A DNA stretch of 17,622 bases from an uncultured bacterium (GTDB taxonomy: Bacteria; Hydrogenedentota; Hydrogenedentia; Hydrogenedentales; JAEUWI01), in assembly GCA_963977445.1 (NCBI GenBank), contig CAXBPH010000140.1, positions 1-17,622 on the forward strand, written 5' to 3'. Position numbers and translations under genes: made by a program. Below, one piece after another: positions 17,030-17,622 of this stretch; position 1 is the stretch's first letter, and each line of letters starts with the position of its first letter. The notes beneath the pieces were generated by a model. That model did not search any database. It saw only the letters and a list, made by a program, of their open reading frames with translations, and was not told where the DNA came from.

Positions 17030-17422
17030 ATGTGGGGTCAGAAAGCAATGGGAAAAGTCTTAGGCATGTCCTGCAGCGACAAGAGCCTGGCCTTTTTTAT
17101 TAATACGTTTTCGGGCTTGGATCGATATGGAAAAATATTGGGGTTGAGCTGTGACAATGCGAATCGAACGATATCTGCAAGGGTACTGCTTAAGGGAGAG
17201 ACGGAGCCAATATCCGTATGCATCGAAGAGTATGAAATGATCTACGAAACCGATTCGGCGCAATTTCTTGTGAAGTCTGCGGGCGCGGATCGCCAATGGG
17301 TAGATGTGCTATTACAGGACGCTGCCGTCGGAAAGAGCTGGCCAGTCCCAGAGAACGCGGTAGGCTTTCTGGAGGGTTTTCTCGGTCAAGCTGGTAGCTT
17401 CACTCATCTCGACCCCATATGA
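17030..17422 (+). CDS. Hypothetical protein (~130 aa)
   Basis: RBS AGGGAG before ATG 17030; protein-like alpha/beta sequence (YGKILGLSCDNANRTISARVLLKGETEPISVCIEEYE). Confidence 0.7.
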   Translation: MWGQKAMGKVLGMSCSDKSLAFFINTFSGLDRYGKILGLSCDNANRTISARVLLKGETEPISVCIEEYEMIYETDSAQFLVKSAGADRQWVDVLLQDAAVGKSWPVPENAVGFLEGFLGQAGSFTHLDPI

Positions 17423-17541
17423 TTTGGGAGCATTTTACCTTTTGAAACGACGCCAAGGCATGATTCGCAGTGCATCAGGGTATGTCTGTTGCATTCACGC
17501 GATGAATTATCGAGCCGGAGAATCAGCGCATGCGAATCACG

Positions 17542-17622
17542 CTATATGAACACCAGTAGCTTCTCGCCGTCTACCTTGTTGCCATCATGGATTGGCACAG
17601 CCGGAAAGTACTCAGTTGGCGA
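17542..17622 (-). CDS. Possible 3' end of a gene entering from beyond the window
   Basis: Open frame ...SPTEYFPAVPIHDGNKVDGEKLLVFI* runs from the window edge to TAG at 17542-17544; too short to be sure. Confidence 0.3.
   Translation of the reverse strand, partial: SPTEYFPAVPIHDGNKVDGEKLLVFI

Noticed and set aside
17458..17542. Inverted repeat GCATGATTCGCA...TGCGAATCACGC as a terminator or MITE
   Set aside because: The arms are about 60 bp apart with no U-tract and no visible target duplication; not enough support.

Overview
Bacterial chromosomal window in which GC-rich, host-like genes (a sigma54 enhancer-binding protein, mutS, a WYL regulator) alternate with visibly lower-GC accessory blocks. 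Left: a GAF-AAA+-HTH sigma54 activator whose last 51 bp are duplicated 211 bp downstream. It is followed by a palindromic enhancer candidate and a consensus -24/-12 promoter. Next come a large frameshifted lipoprotein gene, a tyrosinase, a separately encoded tyrosinase C-terminal-like His/Cys-rich protein and a PKCPAC (MerC-like) membrane protein. Middle: a hypothetical membrane protein and mutS on the minus strand, then two tandem 234-bp composite REP-like repeats. Right: a WYL-domain regulator, a palindromic operator candidate, and a tight DUF1232/YkvA-like gene plus two dynamin-like GTPase genes, followed by a hypothetical gene. This WYL-DUF1232-double-dynamin cassette is the best candidate for an undescribed system (membrane-remodelling, probably anti-phage or stress). 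All calls come from reading motifs by eye; no database searches were run.
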